A stretch of DNA of 38,390 bases from a virus (taxonomy: Duplodnaviria; Caudoviricetes): positions 1-38,390 of the IMG/VR virus record IMGVR_UViG_3300022895_000008; one strand, given 5' to 3'. How positions within the stretch are numbered: position 1 is the first letter of the stretch; each line of letters starts with the position of its first letter. Shown piece by piece: positions 15,022-25,337 of this stretch. The position numbers were made by a program, and so were the translations under genes. Below the pieces are notes generated by a model. That model ran no database searches. It had not been told where the DNA came from and worked only from the letters and a program-made list of their open reading frames with translations.

Positions 15022-17070
15022 ATGAGTAGTCGCGTTATATCGGCAGTTTTGACGTTAAAAGATAAAGACTTTACAACCAACATTAAGCGCGCGGCATCAC
15101 AATCCGACGACTTCGGGCGCGGTGTTGCATATGTAGGAAATCAAATCCAAAGTTTTGGAAAGTCGGCAACGCGAACATTTAAAAATGTGGCTCATAACGT
15201 CGCAAATGTAGCCGCAACTATTTCCGGTTTTTCGCTTGTGGGTGTAACGGCAGGCGTCGCGGCACTTTCGGTAAGTGTTGGACAAAGTGCAATAGAAATG
15301 GACAAGGCTTTCGGGCGAATTGAAGCCAGAACAGGTACAACCGGGGCAAAATTAGACGGTTTAAAAGAATCGGCAAAAGACGTATTTAAGGCAGGTTTTG
15401 GCGAAAGTATTACACAGGTTGCCGATGATGTTTCGTCGCTTGCTTCGATGTTTGATAAATTGAACGGCGCGCAAATCACAGAATTAGCAAAAGGCGCATC
15501 GACTATTGGTGAGACATGGGGCTTAGAAGTTAAAGAAGTGGGAAAAGCCGTTTCGACTATGACAAAAACATTCGATGGGTTGAGCGAATCACAAGCGTTG
15601 GATTTAATGACAACGGCATTCCAACAAACCGGCGACATGAGCGACGACTTGCTAGACACATTTAACGAATATTCAACACAATTTAAGGCGTTAGGGTACG
15701 ATGCAGAAGGCTTTACGGCAACGCTTATAGCCGGCGCGAAATCTGGCGTTTTCAATTTTGATAAATTGGCAGATTCGGCAAAGGAAGGGTTTTTAAAACT
15801 AGGTGAAGGCTCAAAAGACACAAAAGATGCATTATCGCTTATGGGCTTAGATGCAAATAAAGTCATGTCTGATATTTCACAGGGCGGCGATACTGCAAAT
15901 CAAGCGTTTATGGCGGTTTCAAGTGCCATTGGAGCAATTGAAGATCCAGCTAAACGAAATGCGGCGGCAATTGCGGCATTCGGTACACCGTTAGAGGATT
16001 TAGGACCACAATTCCAAACTTTCTTTAGTGACGTAGACAAAGATATGGGCAACTTCGAAGGGGCGACACAACGCGCCGCAGATGCTTTGCAAAATAACTT
16101 CGGATCGCGCATATCGAAAGTATGGAGAACGTTACAAACTGATTTAGCGGATATGGCAGGCGGCGGCGCAGGGAAAGAATTTATGGATGGATTAGCGACA
16201 ACAGCCGAAAATCTAGTTCCAAAAATAGTTGATTTAGCAGGAAAAGCGCTAGAGTTCGGGAATACAATTCGTGACAATTGGACGCCTATTAAAGAAACTA
16301 TTATTGGTATCGGAACGGCGGTTGGAACATTCGCGTTTCTTATGGGTGGCTTAAAAGTTATTACGTTCATTTCTAAAGCAATTGAAGGCTTTAGGGCTGC
16401 TATGGCATTAGCTACAGCCGGACAATGGGCAATGAATACAGCAATGTTAGCAAGCCCGTTAACATGGGTTGCTTTAGGAATTGCGGCAGTTGTGGCAATA
16501 GGTGTTGTGTTATATCGAAATTGGGATACGATAAAAGCAAAAGCCGATCAATTGTGGGAAAAAACGAAAGTTGTTTTCGGAAATATCTTCAATTGGGCAT
16601 CCCAAAAGATTTCACCTGTTACAAATTTCTTTAAAGGATTGGCTGATAAATTCGGAGAATTTAAGAATGCAATTACTAGCTTTAAAATGCCGAAATGGGT
16701 TAGTTCCATTGGTAGCACAATCAGTAGTGCGGCAGGCAAAGTAAAGGACATGTTACCGTCTTTCGATGTGGGTACAAATAATGTAGCTAGCGACATGACG
16801 GCAAACATTCACAAAGGCGAAATGATTATCCCGGCACGACAAGCCGAACGATTACGACAACAGGGCGTCAATATTGATAATATCGACAAAGTGAAGTCGG
16901 GCGGTTCTGGTGGTTCTGGTGGTTCTGGCGGCAGTACAACAACAGTTACAAACAGTAATTCGAATGCGAAAAACAATGTGGAAATTCACATTCATTCAAC
17001 AGGCACAACGACGGCACAAGTGTTACAAGAAATTGTGCCGCAATTAAAATTAGTTTTAGCGAATTTATAA
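15022..17070 (+). CDS. Tail tape measure protein
   Basis: Ala/Gly-rich helical protein, DLLDTFNEYS, LYRNWDTIK, ANIHKGEMIIP. Confidence 0.95.
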   Translation: MSSRVISAVLTLKDKDFTTNIKRAASQSDDFGRGVAYVGNQIQSFGKSATRTFKNVAHNVANVAATISGFSLVGVTAGVAALSVSVGQSAIEMDKAFGRIEARTGTTGAKLDGLKESAKDVFKAGFGESITQVADDVSSLASMFDKLNGAQITELAKGASTIGETWGLEVKEVGKAVSTMTKTFDGLSESQALDLMTTAFQQTGDMSDDLLDTFNEYSTQFKALGYDAEGFTATLIAGAKSGVFNFDKLADSAKEGFLKLGEGSKDTKDALSLMGLDANKVMSDISQGGDTANQAFMAVSSAIGAIEDPAKRNAAAIAAFGTPLEDLGPQFQTFFSDVDKDMGNFEGATQRAADALQNNFGSRISKVWRTLQTDLADMAGGGAGKEFMDGLATTAENLVPKIVDLAGKALEFGNTIRDNWTPIKETIIGIGTAVGTFAFLMGGLKVITFISKAIEGFRAAMALATAGQWAMNTAMLASPLTWVALGIAAVVAIGVVLYRNWDTIKAKADQLWEKTKVVFGNIFNWASQKISPVTNFFKGLADKFGEFKNAITSFKMPKWVSSIGSTISSAAGKVKDMLPSFDVGTNNVASDMTANIHKGEMIIPARQAERLRQQGVNIDNIDKVKSGGSGGSGGSGGSTTTVTNSNSNAKNNVEIHIHSTGTTTAQVLQEIVPQLKLVLANL

Positions 17071-17084
17071 AGGGCGGTGAAAGT

Positions 17085-17501
17085 ATGAAAGTTTCTTTTG
17101 CTTCGCAGGATCGAAAAATTTTCATTGAATTGCCCATTGTGCCAAAGGATATAATGTGGGGCAATGGGATGAACAACCAAACTTTTGAAACAATACAACA
17201 TGGGGAAATTAACTTGCCAGGTACAAGGCAGTTAATTTCCTTTTCTATTTCTTCATTTTTCCCCAAAAATGACACAGTAAAAAAGCGTTATAAATTTGCT
17301 ACAAGTTATATAGAGGGTGAAAGTATTGTGTATCAATTTCAAAAGTGGCGTGATGGTCGCGTTCCGGTTCGTTGCGTTATCACATCGAAAGCCGGGCGAT
17401 CATTATTAAATATCCTTGTTCTTTTTGAAAAGTTTGAGCGCGGCATGGATACGGCGTCGGACGTTCCCTATAAATTAGATGTGAAAGAATATATAGGGTG
17501 A
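17085..17501 (+). CDS. Baseplate/tail tube initiator (XkdP-like, no LysM)
   Basis: LPIVP...ISFSISSFFP...DVPYKLDVKEY; position after tape measure. Confidence 0.75.
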   Translation: MKVSFASQDRKIFIELPIVPKDIMWGNGMNNQTFETIQHGEINLPGTRQLISFSISSFFPKNDTVKKRYKFATSYIEGESIVYQFQKWRDGRVPVRCVITSKAGRSLLNILVLFEKFERGMDTASDVPYKLDVKEYIG

Positions 17502-17505
17502 TGGA

Positions 17506-18438
17506 ATGCACGAAATTTATGTTAATAACAAAAATATAACTAAGTACGTCGGGGATTTAGGTTGGACGTCGGATAGTGAAACATTAGGCGTTCAATTGAA
17601 TTTTAAAGTTGCTTATTCGGACGTTAATAATTTTCCTAAAAATTTAGCAACGAATGGCGACATTGTAGCCCTTAAAGCAGACGGAAAAAATATATTCGTT
17701 GGGATCGTTTTAGACGTTGACATAGATGGTCGAAATCCGCGCGGAATTACTTGCATGGACTTTGCTTTTTATCTAAACAAGAATGACGCGATCATTCAAT
17801 ATAACAACGTTGCGGCTCATACTGCTATAAAAAGATTGTTAGATAAATTCGGGATTAAATACGTTATTGACGCAATGCCAGTAAATATAACTAAAATTTA
17901 CAAGGGTCAAAAAGTTAGTGAGATCATAAAAGATATTTTAGAGATCGTAACAACAAAAACTGGCGTGAAATATCGAATGGAAATGCGAAATGATGTTTTA
18001 TATATTGTGAAACAAAAGGATCTTATTGTAACAGCAAATACAAAATATATAGCAAATCCAAAAAGAAAACTTTCGATCCAAGAAATGAAAAATACTATTC
18101 TGGTAGTTTCAGATAATGAAAACGCCGTTAAAATTTCGGCAACAGCAGAAGATAAAAACAGCGTGAAAAAATTCGGACGTTTGCAGATGGTTCACCAAGT
18201 AAAAGACGAAGAAATCGCGGCATCGAAGCATATTGCAAATCAGCTTTTAAAACAATACAACAAAATTTTTGAAGAAAATAGCGTCGATTTAATCGGCAGT
18301 AACAACGTTAGAGCCGGGCGCATTTTAAAAATTGTTGAGCCGATCACCGGCATGAATGGTAACTATTTAATTAGAAATGTTAGTCATAAAGTGTCCGGCG
18401 GCGTGCATTTAATGTCTTTGAATTTAGAGGTGGCATGA
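17506..18438 (+). CDS. Baseplate hub (XkdQ/YqbQ-like)
   Basis: D..FYLNKN, SVKKFGRLQ, VRAGR...HLMSLNL. Confidence 0.85.
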   Translation: MHEIYVNNKNITKYVGDLGWTSDSETLGVQLNFKVAYSDVNNFPKNLATNGDIVALKADGKNIFVGIVLDVDIDGRNPRGITCMDFAFYLNKNDAIIQYNNVAAHTAIKRLLDKFGIKYVIDAMPVNITKIYKGQKVSEIIKDILEIVTTKTGVKYRMEMRNDVLYIVKQKDLIVTANTKYIANPKRKLSIQEMKNTILVVSDNENAVKISATAEDKNSVKKFGRLQMVHQVKDEEIAASKHIANQLLKQYNKIFEENSVDLIGSNNVRAGRILKIVEPITGMNGNYLIRNVSHKVSGGVHLMSLNLEVA

Positions 18439-18752
18439 TGGATGCGGAATTAGTTGAATTAGCGAAGTTGTTTCACGAACGAAATAACAAAACGAAGGAA
18501 AGTTTTATTATTGGAAAGGTGGTTTCATCTTACCCAGACTTAAAAATAAACGACGGCGACGAAATCATATTGACGCGCGAAAATTTAATCGTTGCAGGGC
18601 ATTTGCTACCTCATAGCCGGGATCTTATCACGTCCGGTATTTCTGGCACGATAAACTTCACAGACGGCTTAAAAAAGGGCGATAACGTTATTATGGTTGC
18701 GTCGTCGGACGGTCAAAAATATATCGTATTAGCAAGGGCGGTGACATTGTAA
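18435..18752 (+). CDS. XkdR/DUF2577-like spike protein
   Basis: IGKVVS..P.LKI...LKKGDNV...GQKYIVL. Confidence 0.8.
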   Translation: MMDAELVELAKLFHERNNKTKESFIIGKVVSSYPDLKINDGDEIILTRENLIVAGHLLPHSRDLITSGISGTINFTDGLKKGDNVIMVASSDGQKYIVLARAVTL

Positions 18753-18753
18753 G

Positions 18754-19179
18754 ATGTTTCCAGAATTAAACTTAATAGAAGAAGAACAACAAGAGACTTA
18801 TTCGTTTAACGGTAAGTCTTTTTTATATGATTTCAAAAATGGCGATTTCGTTTATAAAAACGGTGCGCCTGTAATTGTGGAAGGAAAAGCCGCGTTGCTT
18901 GTCTGGATTGAAAAAGTGATCCGTACAGAAAAATTTCGATTTAATATCCATCGGGATATTGATTACGGCGTTACTATCGAGGATCTTATTTCCGGTCAAT
19001 TCCCTAGAGCATTTACAGAATCCGAGTTAGAGCGAGAGATCACCGAAGCATTATTAAAAAATAAATTTATTTTGGATGTTTCAGAATGGGCTTTCGAGTA
19101 TGAAGGATCAACACTAATTATTAGTTTCGCAGTTACTACAGACGAAGAAAGTTTTAATTTTACGGCGGTGATGGAATGA
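18754..19179 (+). CDS. XkdS/DUF2634-like baseplate wedge protein
   Basis: YDFKNGDF...WIEKVIRTEKFRF...YG...SELEREITEAL. Confidence 0.85.
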   Translation: MFPELNLIEEEQQETYSFNGKSFLYDFKNGDFVYKNGAPVIVEGKAALLVWIEKVIRTEKFRFNIHRDIDYGVTIEDLISGQFPRAFTESELEREITEALLKNKFILDVSEWAFEYEGSTLIISFAVTTDEESFNFTAVME

Positions 19180-20216
19180 CAACGGCACAAGAAATACAAA
19201 AAGAAATGTTAAACGATGTGAGCAACGATTTCGATAAATCGGACGGCAGTTTTGTGTATGACATTTTGAAATCAACAGCAATCCAGTTTGAAAAACGCGA
19301 TCAAAAAAATGATGATATTTTAGATAAAATCGACGTTGAAAATTTAACAGGCGACGAATTAACACGATTCGTCTTTCAACGTACTGGATTAATACGACGG
19401 TTGGCATCCTACGCAACGACGCCAGTAAAAATAACAGGGAATAGAAACGCTGAAATTAAAGCCGGTGATCTTGTGGCGGCGAATGAAATTTTCTATGAAA
19501 TTATAGAAGATACAACGCTAGATGATACCGGAAAAGGAATTGTGGTTGTTCGTTGTCAGTTGCCCGGAATTGTGGGAAATGTACCGGCGAATCAGATTAC
19601 TAGCTTTCCAGTTACATTGTACGGCATTACGAGCGTAACAAACGATGAAGCCGTAACAAGTGGATATGAAGAAGAAAGCGACGAATCGTTAAGGGATCGT
19701 TATTATGAGAAGTTACAAAAGCCCGGCAAAGCAGGCAATAAAAATCATTATCTTGAATGGGCACGATCCGTTGTAGGCGTTGGGAAAGTGAAAGTGTTTC
19801 CTTTATGGAATGGTGCATTGACTGTTAAAGTATCAATTTTAGATACGAATATCGGTGTGGCAGAACAAGGCTTAATTAATAACGTTGCGGCGTATATCGA
19901 AACACAACGTCCATTCGGGGCAATTGTAACGGTTGCGACTGGCGTTGAATTGCCTATAAATATTTCGGCACAATTAACACTAGAGCAAAATATCACGCCG
20001 GAAGATGTTTCACCACTTTTAGCCGTAAAAATTGCAGATTATTTAAAAAATCTGGCGTATGCTTCGGATTACGTTTCGTATGCACAAATAGGACGTGAGA
20101 TCCTAAGCGTTCCCGGCGTTATAGATTATCAAAATTTACTTTTGAATAGCGATACGGTAAATGTGCAATTAGAAGCCGAAAGCGTGCCGGTTGTGGGTGA
20201 AATTGTATGGACATGA
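19176..20216 (+). CDS. Baseplate J/gp47 (XkdT-like)
   Basis: GYEEESDESLRDRY, HYLEWARSVVGVG. Confidence 0.93.
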   Translation: MTTAQEIQKEMLNDVSNDFDKSDGSFVYDILKSTAIQFEKRDQKNDDILDKIDVENLTGDELTRFVFQRTGLIRRLASYATTPVKITGNRNAEIKAGDLVAANEIFYEIIEDTTLDDTGKGIVVVRCQLPGIVGNVPANQITSFPVTLYGITSVTNDEAVTSGYEEESDESLRDRYYEKLQKPGKAGNKNHYLEWARSVVGVGKVKVFPLWNGALTVKVSILDTNIGVAEQGLINNVAAYIETQRPFGAIVTVATGVELPINISAQLTLEQNITPEDVSPLLAVKIADYLKNLAYASDYVSYAQIGREILSVPGVIDYQNLLLNSDTVNVQLEAESVPVVGEIVWT

Positions 20217-20758
20217 TTATCAAAGAACAATTGATAAAAAACCTACCTTCCTATGAAAGAAAATCGGCGTTAATTAATCAAATTTTACACGCGGCTGCTA
20301 TACAATTTGATTCGTCAAATAGCGTTCAAGAATCGAGCGAATTTGAATTATTCATTGATACCGCAGTAAGGGCATTACAGTTACACGCGCGAGATTTAGG
20401 CGTTTCAATCGGTAGTGGTTTAACACTAAAAGAACAACGCGAATTAATAACAGCTTATTACCGGGCAACCTTCGAGCAAACAAACGATGAAACAATAAAG
20501 AGCGTCGCGTCCTCTTTTTCTGGCGGCAACGTTGTTATAAATCCAACAACTACCGAGGGTGTTTTCGAATTAAAATTCGTTGACACAATCGGCGTTCCGT
20601 CAAATATGGAAGGTTTAAAAAATGCGCTAGATATTATTATCCCGGCGCATTTGCAATTTATTTTTGCGTATTCCTATCTATTAATACGCGACGTTAAAAA
20701 AATGACATTGAACGAAATCGAAACAATGACATTAGATAAATTTGCAGGAGGTCAATAA
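20207..20758 (+). CDS. XkdU/YmfQ (DUF2313)-like baseplate protein
   Basis: LFIDTA...GVPSNM...IIPAHL. Confidence 0.82.
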   Translation: MDMIIKEQLIKNLPSYERKSALINQILHAAAIQFDSSNSVQESSEFELFIDTAVRALQLHARDLGVSIGSGLTLKEQRELITAYYRATFEQTNDETIKSVASSFSGGNVVINPTTTEGVFELKFVDTIGVPSNMEGLKNALDIIIPAHLQFIFAYSYLLIRDVKKMTLNEIETMTLDKFAGGQ

Positions 20759-20759
20759 A

Positions 20760-21656
20760 ATGGCATCGAATACAACGCATTTAAAACTATTGAAAAAGAA
20801 CGTCGTAACCGATGGAAACGAAACGTTTAACATTGAAACGATGTTAAATGAAAATTGGGATAAAGTCGATGCGGCTTTCGGGTTGACAGTGTACGGCAAT
20901 GAAATTCATGGTTTACGCATTAACGCGAAAAAAAATATTGAGTATTTTAATACGGATTTAAAACAGTGGATCGAAATTAAAAGTGGCGTAGACGGCGCGC
21001 CGATCAAATCCCACAACTATAAAATTCCGGCAACAAGCGAAGGGCAAAAGGATTTTCAAATCCCACTAGCAACATTCGATCCTGCTATTGACGTAATGCT
21101 AGTTATGCAGAATAGGACGGTTTTAGAATCCGATGAATACACGATCACAAAGCCGGACGCCTACTATAATGTGACGTTAGTTGATCCAGTAAAGGATTAC
21201 GCAAACACTTCTATTTCCTTATTCATAATCAAAGGAAATGTTATGATTAGCGATCAAATAGTCGAAATTCCAAGCGCGAGCATTACAACGCCCGGCATTG
21301 TGGGTTTAACAAACGATTTAGGCAATAGCGAAATATTGGCGGTCACGCAAAAAGCATTGAACAATGTCTCGAATGAAGTTATTAACGTTTCAAACAACGT
21401 TGTAAAAATCGAATCTGAAAAGAATCTTTCGAAGTTACGAACGAATAAAGATGCAGAAGGCATTTATACAACCGTAACATATAAACGAAAAGCCGATAAT
21501 ACAACCTATTGCGTATCAACGCTATCTGGCGGCACAACGCCTTTATACACGACTAGAACGGAACAATTTTATGATGCGGCAGGAACAAGCGTGATTGAAA
21601 CAATTGTTTATACGCTTTCGTATGACGAAGATGGAAATTTAGAAAGTGAGGTGTAA
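20760..21656 (+). CDS. Tail fibre / receptor-binding adaptor protein
   Basis: MASNTTHLKLLK..ETFNIETMLNENWDKVD anchor; ASITTPGIVGL..AVTQKAL fibre repeat. Confidence 0.8.
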   Translation: MASNTTHLKLLKKNVVTDGNETFNIETMLNENWDKVDAAFGLTVYGNEIHGLRINAKKNIEYFNTDLKQWIEIKSGVDGAPIKSHNYKIPATSEGQKDFQIPLATFDPAIDVMLVMQNRTVLESDEYTITKPDAYYNVTLVDPVKDYANTSISLFIIKGNVMISDQIVEIPSASITTPGIVGLTNDLGNSEILAVTQKALNNVSNEVINVSNNVVKIESEKNLSKLRTNKDAEGIYTTVTYKRKADNTTYCVSTLSGGTTPLYTTRTEQFYDAAGTSVIETIVYTLSYDEDGNLESEV

Positions 21657-21658
21657 AG

Positions 21659-23686
21659 ATGGATATTAGGGATCATGGCGGCACGTTTGGTGGTGGTGGT
21701 AAAGGCGTTAAAATCAATTTCTTTCAAGGGATGGGCGAACCGACTAAAAAGGACGGTATCTGGTTGAAACATGACGGAGAAGTCGAAAGCGTAAAGATGA
21801 AATATTACGGAGATATTAAGAACCAACCACGTTGGCAATTGTCGGAGTTGGAATCTATTCCTTTTAAGGCAAAAAACCATACGGCGGTAGTTATCGGAAC
21901 CGATATTTATGTCATGGGTTACGATGCGCCAAAGTGTGCTAACTACAAATACGATACGTTAACTAACAAATGGACTGAATTAAAAGATGTTCCGTACCCA
22001 TGCGAATCGCACACAGCGGTGGTCGTTGGAACGAACATTCACGTCATCGGCGCGGTGGGTTCGAGTTATTTTTCATTACATTATAAATATGACACCTTAA
22101 ACGACACATGGACGCAATTAGTTACAAATCCATATGCTATGACATATCATACAGCCGTGTCAATCGGAACCGACATTCATGTCATGGGTGGTAGTAATAG
22201 CACTCAATCCCACTATAAATACAACACCTTGAATGGTACGTGGACAAATATGGGAACTATACCGGGAGCATTTTATAATCACAGCGCTTCGGTTGTGGGA
22301 ACCGACATTTATGTCATGGGTGGGAATACTTCGGTAAATCTTAATTACAGATATGATACGGTACTCGAAAAATGGACGATATTTTCTAACATACCTAGTA
22401 ATTATTACGACCATTCTAGTGTGACTATTGGAACCGATATTTATATTATATGTGGTTCGGGTAACACCAAAAAGATTTCAAAATTCGATACCGTTTTGAA
22501 ACAATGGACGGTTATGCCTGATTTCAATTTCGGCGCTAAGAATCATACCACGGTGATAGTCGGAAATGATGTTTATCTCATGGGTGGCGACACGTACACA
22601 ACTATGAATTTAATATACAAACCACTTGAAAACCAATGGAACCAATACGCGGAACTATCCGCCAATCTTTACAATCATACATCCACTACAGTTGGAACGG
22701 ATATTTATGTCATGGGTGGAGCAGTAGCCCCTTTTAGCAATATGAAATATGATACGGTACTCAACAAATGGACGACGTGTGCGAATATGCCGAACTCATC
22801 GACTGACCATACGGCAGTAGCAATAGGAACCGATATTTATGTCATGGGCGGAGGTACTACTTATTCTCTTAATCAAAACTATAAATACAACACCTTGACC
22901 GATGAATGGACGAGTGAAACAGCTATTCCATTTAAGGCGCAAGGACATAGCGTAGCAGTAGTTGGAACAGATATTTATATTCACGGTGGCGTGCAAGTAA
23001 CTAACGCATTTTACAAATACGACACCTTAACAAAACAATGGACGGCGTTAACTGGTGCTTATTCAACTTATGCTCACGCGGCTACAGCAGTAGGAACAAC
23101 AGTATATAGTTTGGGTGGGGTGTCATATAGCACATCACTTCGAGGTTACAATACATTGACAAACACATGGGAAATGCTACCAACCGCACCGATAGCGTAT
23201 CTCAACCATGCTTTGGTTGCAGTTGGAACAGATATTTATGCCCTAGGTTCGTCCGACACAACCACGTCCGGGAAAGCTACGTATAAATTTGATACTTTAA
23301 ATAAAGTATGGGTGCAACTCGAACCGCGTGAAACAGACCCGTTATTTAACCATTCTGCAACAGTTGTGGGAACCGACATTTATATACTAGGTGGTTCGTC
23401 GGCTCAAACAATGCGTATGGTTATGAAATTCTCAACCGTCAATCTTTCTAATGAGGATAAAGTTGTTAACGGATTGACTTTAGTTACAGCGAACGAAAAG
23501 AAATATCCATATACATCGACTCGTTTCGTAGAATTGCCGGAAATTAAATATTTTGACGTGCAAGAATTATTACCCGCAACATTGTCGCTATATTGGTTTT
23601 ATTACTTTGACGAAAAAGGTATGAAAAAATATATCCCGACTTACTACGGTGACGGCGAAAAATGGAATCTAATAAGGAAAGTTTAA
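21659..23686 (+). CDS. Kelch-repeat protein (12 repeats), putative receptor-binding protein
   Basis: 12 copies of H-x5-GTDIYVMGG...YKYDT...W. Confidence 0.9.
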   Translation: MDIRDHGGTFGGGGKGVKINFFQGMGEPTKKDGIWLKHDGEVESVKMKYYGDIKNQPRWQLSELESIPFKAKNHTAVVIGTDIYVMGYDAPKCANYKYDTLTNKWTELKDVPYPCESHTAVVVGTNIHVIGAVGSSYFSLHYKYDTLNDTWTQLVTNPYAMTYHTAVSIGTDIHVMGGSNSTQSHYKYNTLNGTWTNMGTIPGAFYNHSASVVGTDIYVMGGNTSVNLNYRYDTVLEKWTIFSNIPSNYYDHSSVTIGTDIYIICGSGNTKKISKFDTVLKQWTVMPDFNFGAKNHTTVIVGNDVYLMGGDTYTTMNLIYKPLENQWNQYAELSANLYNHTSTTVGTDIYVMGGAVAPFSNMKYDTVLNKWTTCANMPNSSTDHTAVAIGTDIYVMGGGTTYSLNQNYKYNTLTDEWTSETAIPFKAQGHSVAVVGTDIYIHGGVQVTNAFYKYDTLTKQWTALTGAYSTYAHAATAVGTTVYSLGGVSYSTSLRGYNTLTNTWEMLPTAPIAYLNHALVAVGTDIYALGSSDTTTSGKATYKFDTLNKVWVQLEPRETDPLFNHSATVVGTDIYILGGSSAQTMRMVMKFSTVNLSNEDKVVNGLTLVTANEKKYPYTSTRFVELPEIKYFDVQELLPATLSLYWFYYFDEKGMKKYIPTYYGDGEKWNLIRKV

Positions 23687-23700
23687 AGGAGACTAACAAA

Positions 23701-23979
23701 ATGAATTTAACATATACAACAACAAAAACAGGCTATTCAATTCTGAATGATGGGGTGATCTGGATCGTGCAAGATGGTTTTATCCCTTATCCTGCCGACA
23801 CAATGGCAGAAAGCGCGGAAAAACACATTGAGCAGATCTTACAAGACGCCGCAACAGCAACAAATCAAACTGACGAAATCGCGCAAATCAAAGAGGATAA
23901 CGCGATGATAGCCGAAACGTTAGCTATAACGTTAGTTGAAATCGAACAATTAAAAGCTGAAATGGCGAAAGGAGCATAA
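23701..23979 (+). CDS. Putative fibre assembly chaperone (coiled-coil C-terminus)
   Basis: AAGGAG RBS; position after fibre gene. Confidence 0.7.
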   Translation: MNLTYTTTKTGYSILNDGVIWIVQDGFIPYPADTMAESAEKHIEQILQDAATATNQTDEIAQIKEDNAMIAETLAITLVEIEQLKAEMAKGA

Positions 23980-23984
23980 CGATC

Positions 23985-24131
23985 ATGGTCAATTTATGGT
24001 ATACGAAAATTAAATTAGGTTTAAGCGAATTAACAGAAGTGCCAGAACGCTATTATAGCGAAGTATTAGCGAAGTTAGTTGTTGCTGGGTTATACGATGA
24101 ACAAGGAAATAAAATCGAAGTAGCCGCGTAA
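23985..24131 (+). CDS. CD1375-like small protein (48 aa)
   Basis: MVNLWYTKIKLG...LTEVPERYYSEV; AAAGGAG RBS. Confidence 0.7.
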   Translation: MVNLWYTKIKLGLSELTEVPERYYSEVLAKLVVAGLYDEQGNKIEVAA

Positions 24132-24140
24132 CAAAATATT

Positions 24141-24168
24141 AAAGGGGTGCATTTATGCATCCCTTTTT
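24141..24168 (+). terminator. Terminator between the two fibre modules
   Basis: AAAGGGGTGCAT-TT-ATGCATCCCTTT-TT. Confidence 0.75.
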
Positions 24169-24186
24169 AATTTAGGAGGTTAGCAC

Positions 24187-24858
24187 ATGGGCAAGATTAC
24201 ACGAAATGAGTTGTCAAAAGTATTAAATGACGAATTAAACGCAACAGCGGCAAATCAGCAAGAAATTTTAGAGGGCGTAAATGGTATTAAAACCGATACA
24301 ACAGCGATTAAAAATGACGTTGCTGCAATACTGGCGAAGCCGACGACAACAGAGGATGAATATTATAAAAGGGCTTATTTTTACGGCAGTGGCGCAGGAG
24401 CGAATTTTCTTGATTATGAAATAGTAAATGTGACAGGCAAAGGAAAGCTAGTACACGCATTCTTTTATACCAATGGTCTTTCCCCAGGTACTGAAATGAA
24501 CCTTAAAGTGTTTATAGATAGCGAAACGCCTATAACATTGAAGTTGAATGGTACTAATGCAGGCGGTACAACGGACGGCGGAAGGGTTGCTATGACATCC
24601 GCAGGATTTATTGGCGGCATTGGCGGCAATGCTAATTATCTTATGGCGAAAGACGGCAGTCTATTAATTTATCCTACTACTAGTATAAAAACATTTGATC
24701 CTGGCGTCTTTGACTATAATCATGGCACAACAACTTCGAGACTAGGATTATATTTACTTTCAAAAGATGGTTACACATTTAATAAATCATTGAAAATACT
24801 AGCGACATATCAAGGAACGAATACAAAAGAATATTCATGTGTTTACACATTAGACTAA
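24187..24858 (+). CDS. Second putative fibre/receptor-binding protein
   Basis: AGGAGG RBS; N-terminal coiled coil then Gly/Thr-rich beta domain. Confidence 0.65.
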   Translation: MGKITRNELSKVLNDELNATAANQQEILEGVNGIKTDTTAIKNDVAAILAKPTTTEDEYYKRAYFYGSGAGANFLDYEIVNVTGKGKLVHAFFYTNGLSPGTEMNLKVFIDSETPITLKLNGTNAGGTTDGGRVAMTSAGFIGGIGGNANYLMAKDGSLLIYPTTSIKTFDPGVFDYNHGTTTSRLGLYLLSKDGYTFNKSLKILATYQGTNTKEYSCVYTLD

Positions 24859-24877
24859 AAAATAGGCGGTGAAACAA

Positions 24878-25093
24878 ATGATTCGTGTATTACGAGAATA
24901 TAAAACGGAAGAAAATGTGTTAGTTACTGAATATACCAAAGACGGAAAAACGGTATCACATACAGTAAAAACACCGATTCCGACGAATGTAATTGAGCCA
25001 ACGGAAGAACAACCAACGATGGAAGAACAAATTTTATTTGAAACAAAATATCAAACATTGTTACTAGAAACAATGACATTAGGAGGAAATTAA
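24878..25093 (+). CDS. Putative fibre chaperone
   Basis: EPTEEQPTMEEQIL motif; position. Confidence 0.65.
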   Translation: MIRVLREYKTEENVLVTEYTKDGKTVSHTVKTPIPTNVIEPTEEQPTMEEQILFETKYQTLLLETMTLGGN

Positions 25094-25095
25094 TA

Positions 25096-25254
25096 ATGAG
25101 CGCATACGATTTAGCAAAAAAATTTATTCTAGCAAAAACATACACGAAAGAAGTTATTGAAAAACGAGTGAATGCGTTTTACATGTTCGGGCAGATCAAC
25201 GACGACGAATACGCGGAATTACAAAACTTAATTCAAGAAAAATATGCAGTATAA
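25096..25254 (+). CDS. XkdX-like small protein (52 aa)
   Basis: AGGAGG RBS; FYMFGQINDDEYAEL. Confidence 0.7.
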   Translation: MSAYDLAKKFILAKTYTKEVIEKRVNAFYMFGQINDDEYAELQNLIQEKYAV

Positions 25255-25337
25255 ACCGACGCGACGAAAGTTAGCGTTATTTTTTATGCCTTCTAGCACT
25301 TGCTAGAGGGCTATTTTAATTAATGGACGGTGTATGT

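Noticed and set aside
15192-16808. Long minus-strand ORFs opposite the tape measure gene, and similar shadow ORFs elsewhere
   Set aside because: Antisense shadows of well-supported genes with no recognisable motifs
16900-16932. 9-bp GGTTCTGGT tandem repeat as a phase-variation site
   Set aside because: In-frame Gly-Gly-Ser linker in the tape measure protein; length changes would keep the frame
21870-23400. CRISPR array or diversity-generating retroelement in the Kelch gene
   Set aside because: Repeats are in-frame coding units; no reverse transcriptase and no non-coding template repeat with adenine-specific differences is visible
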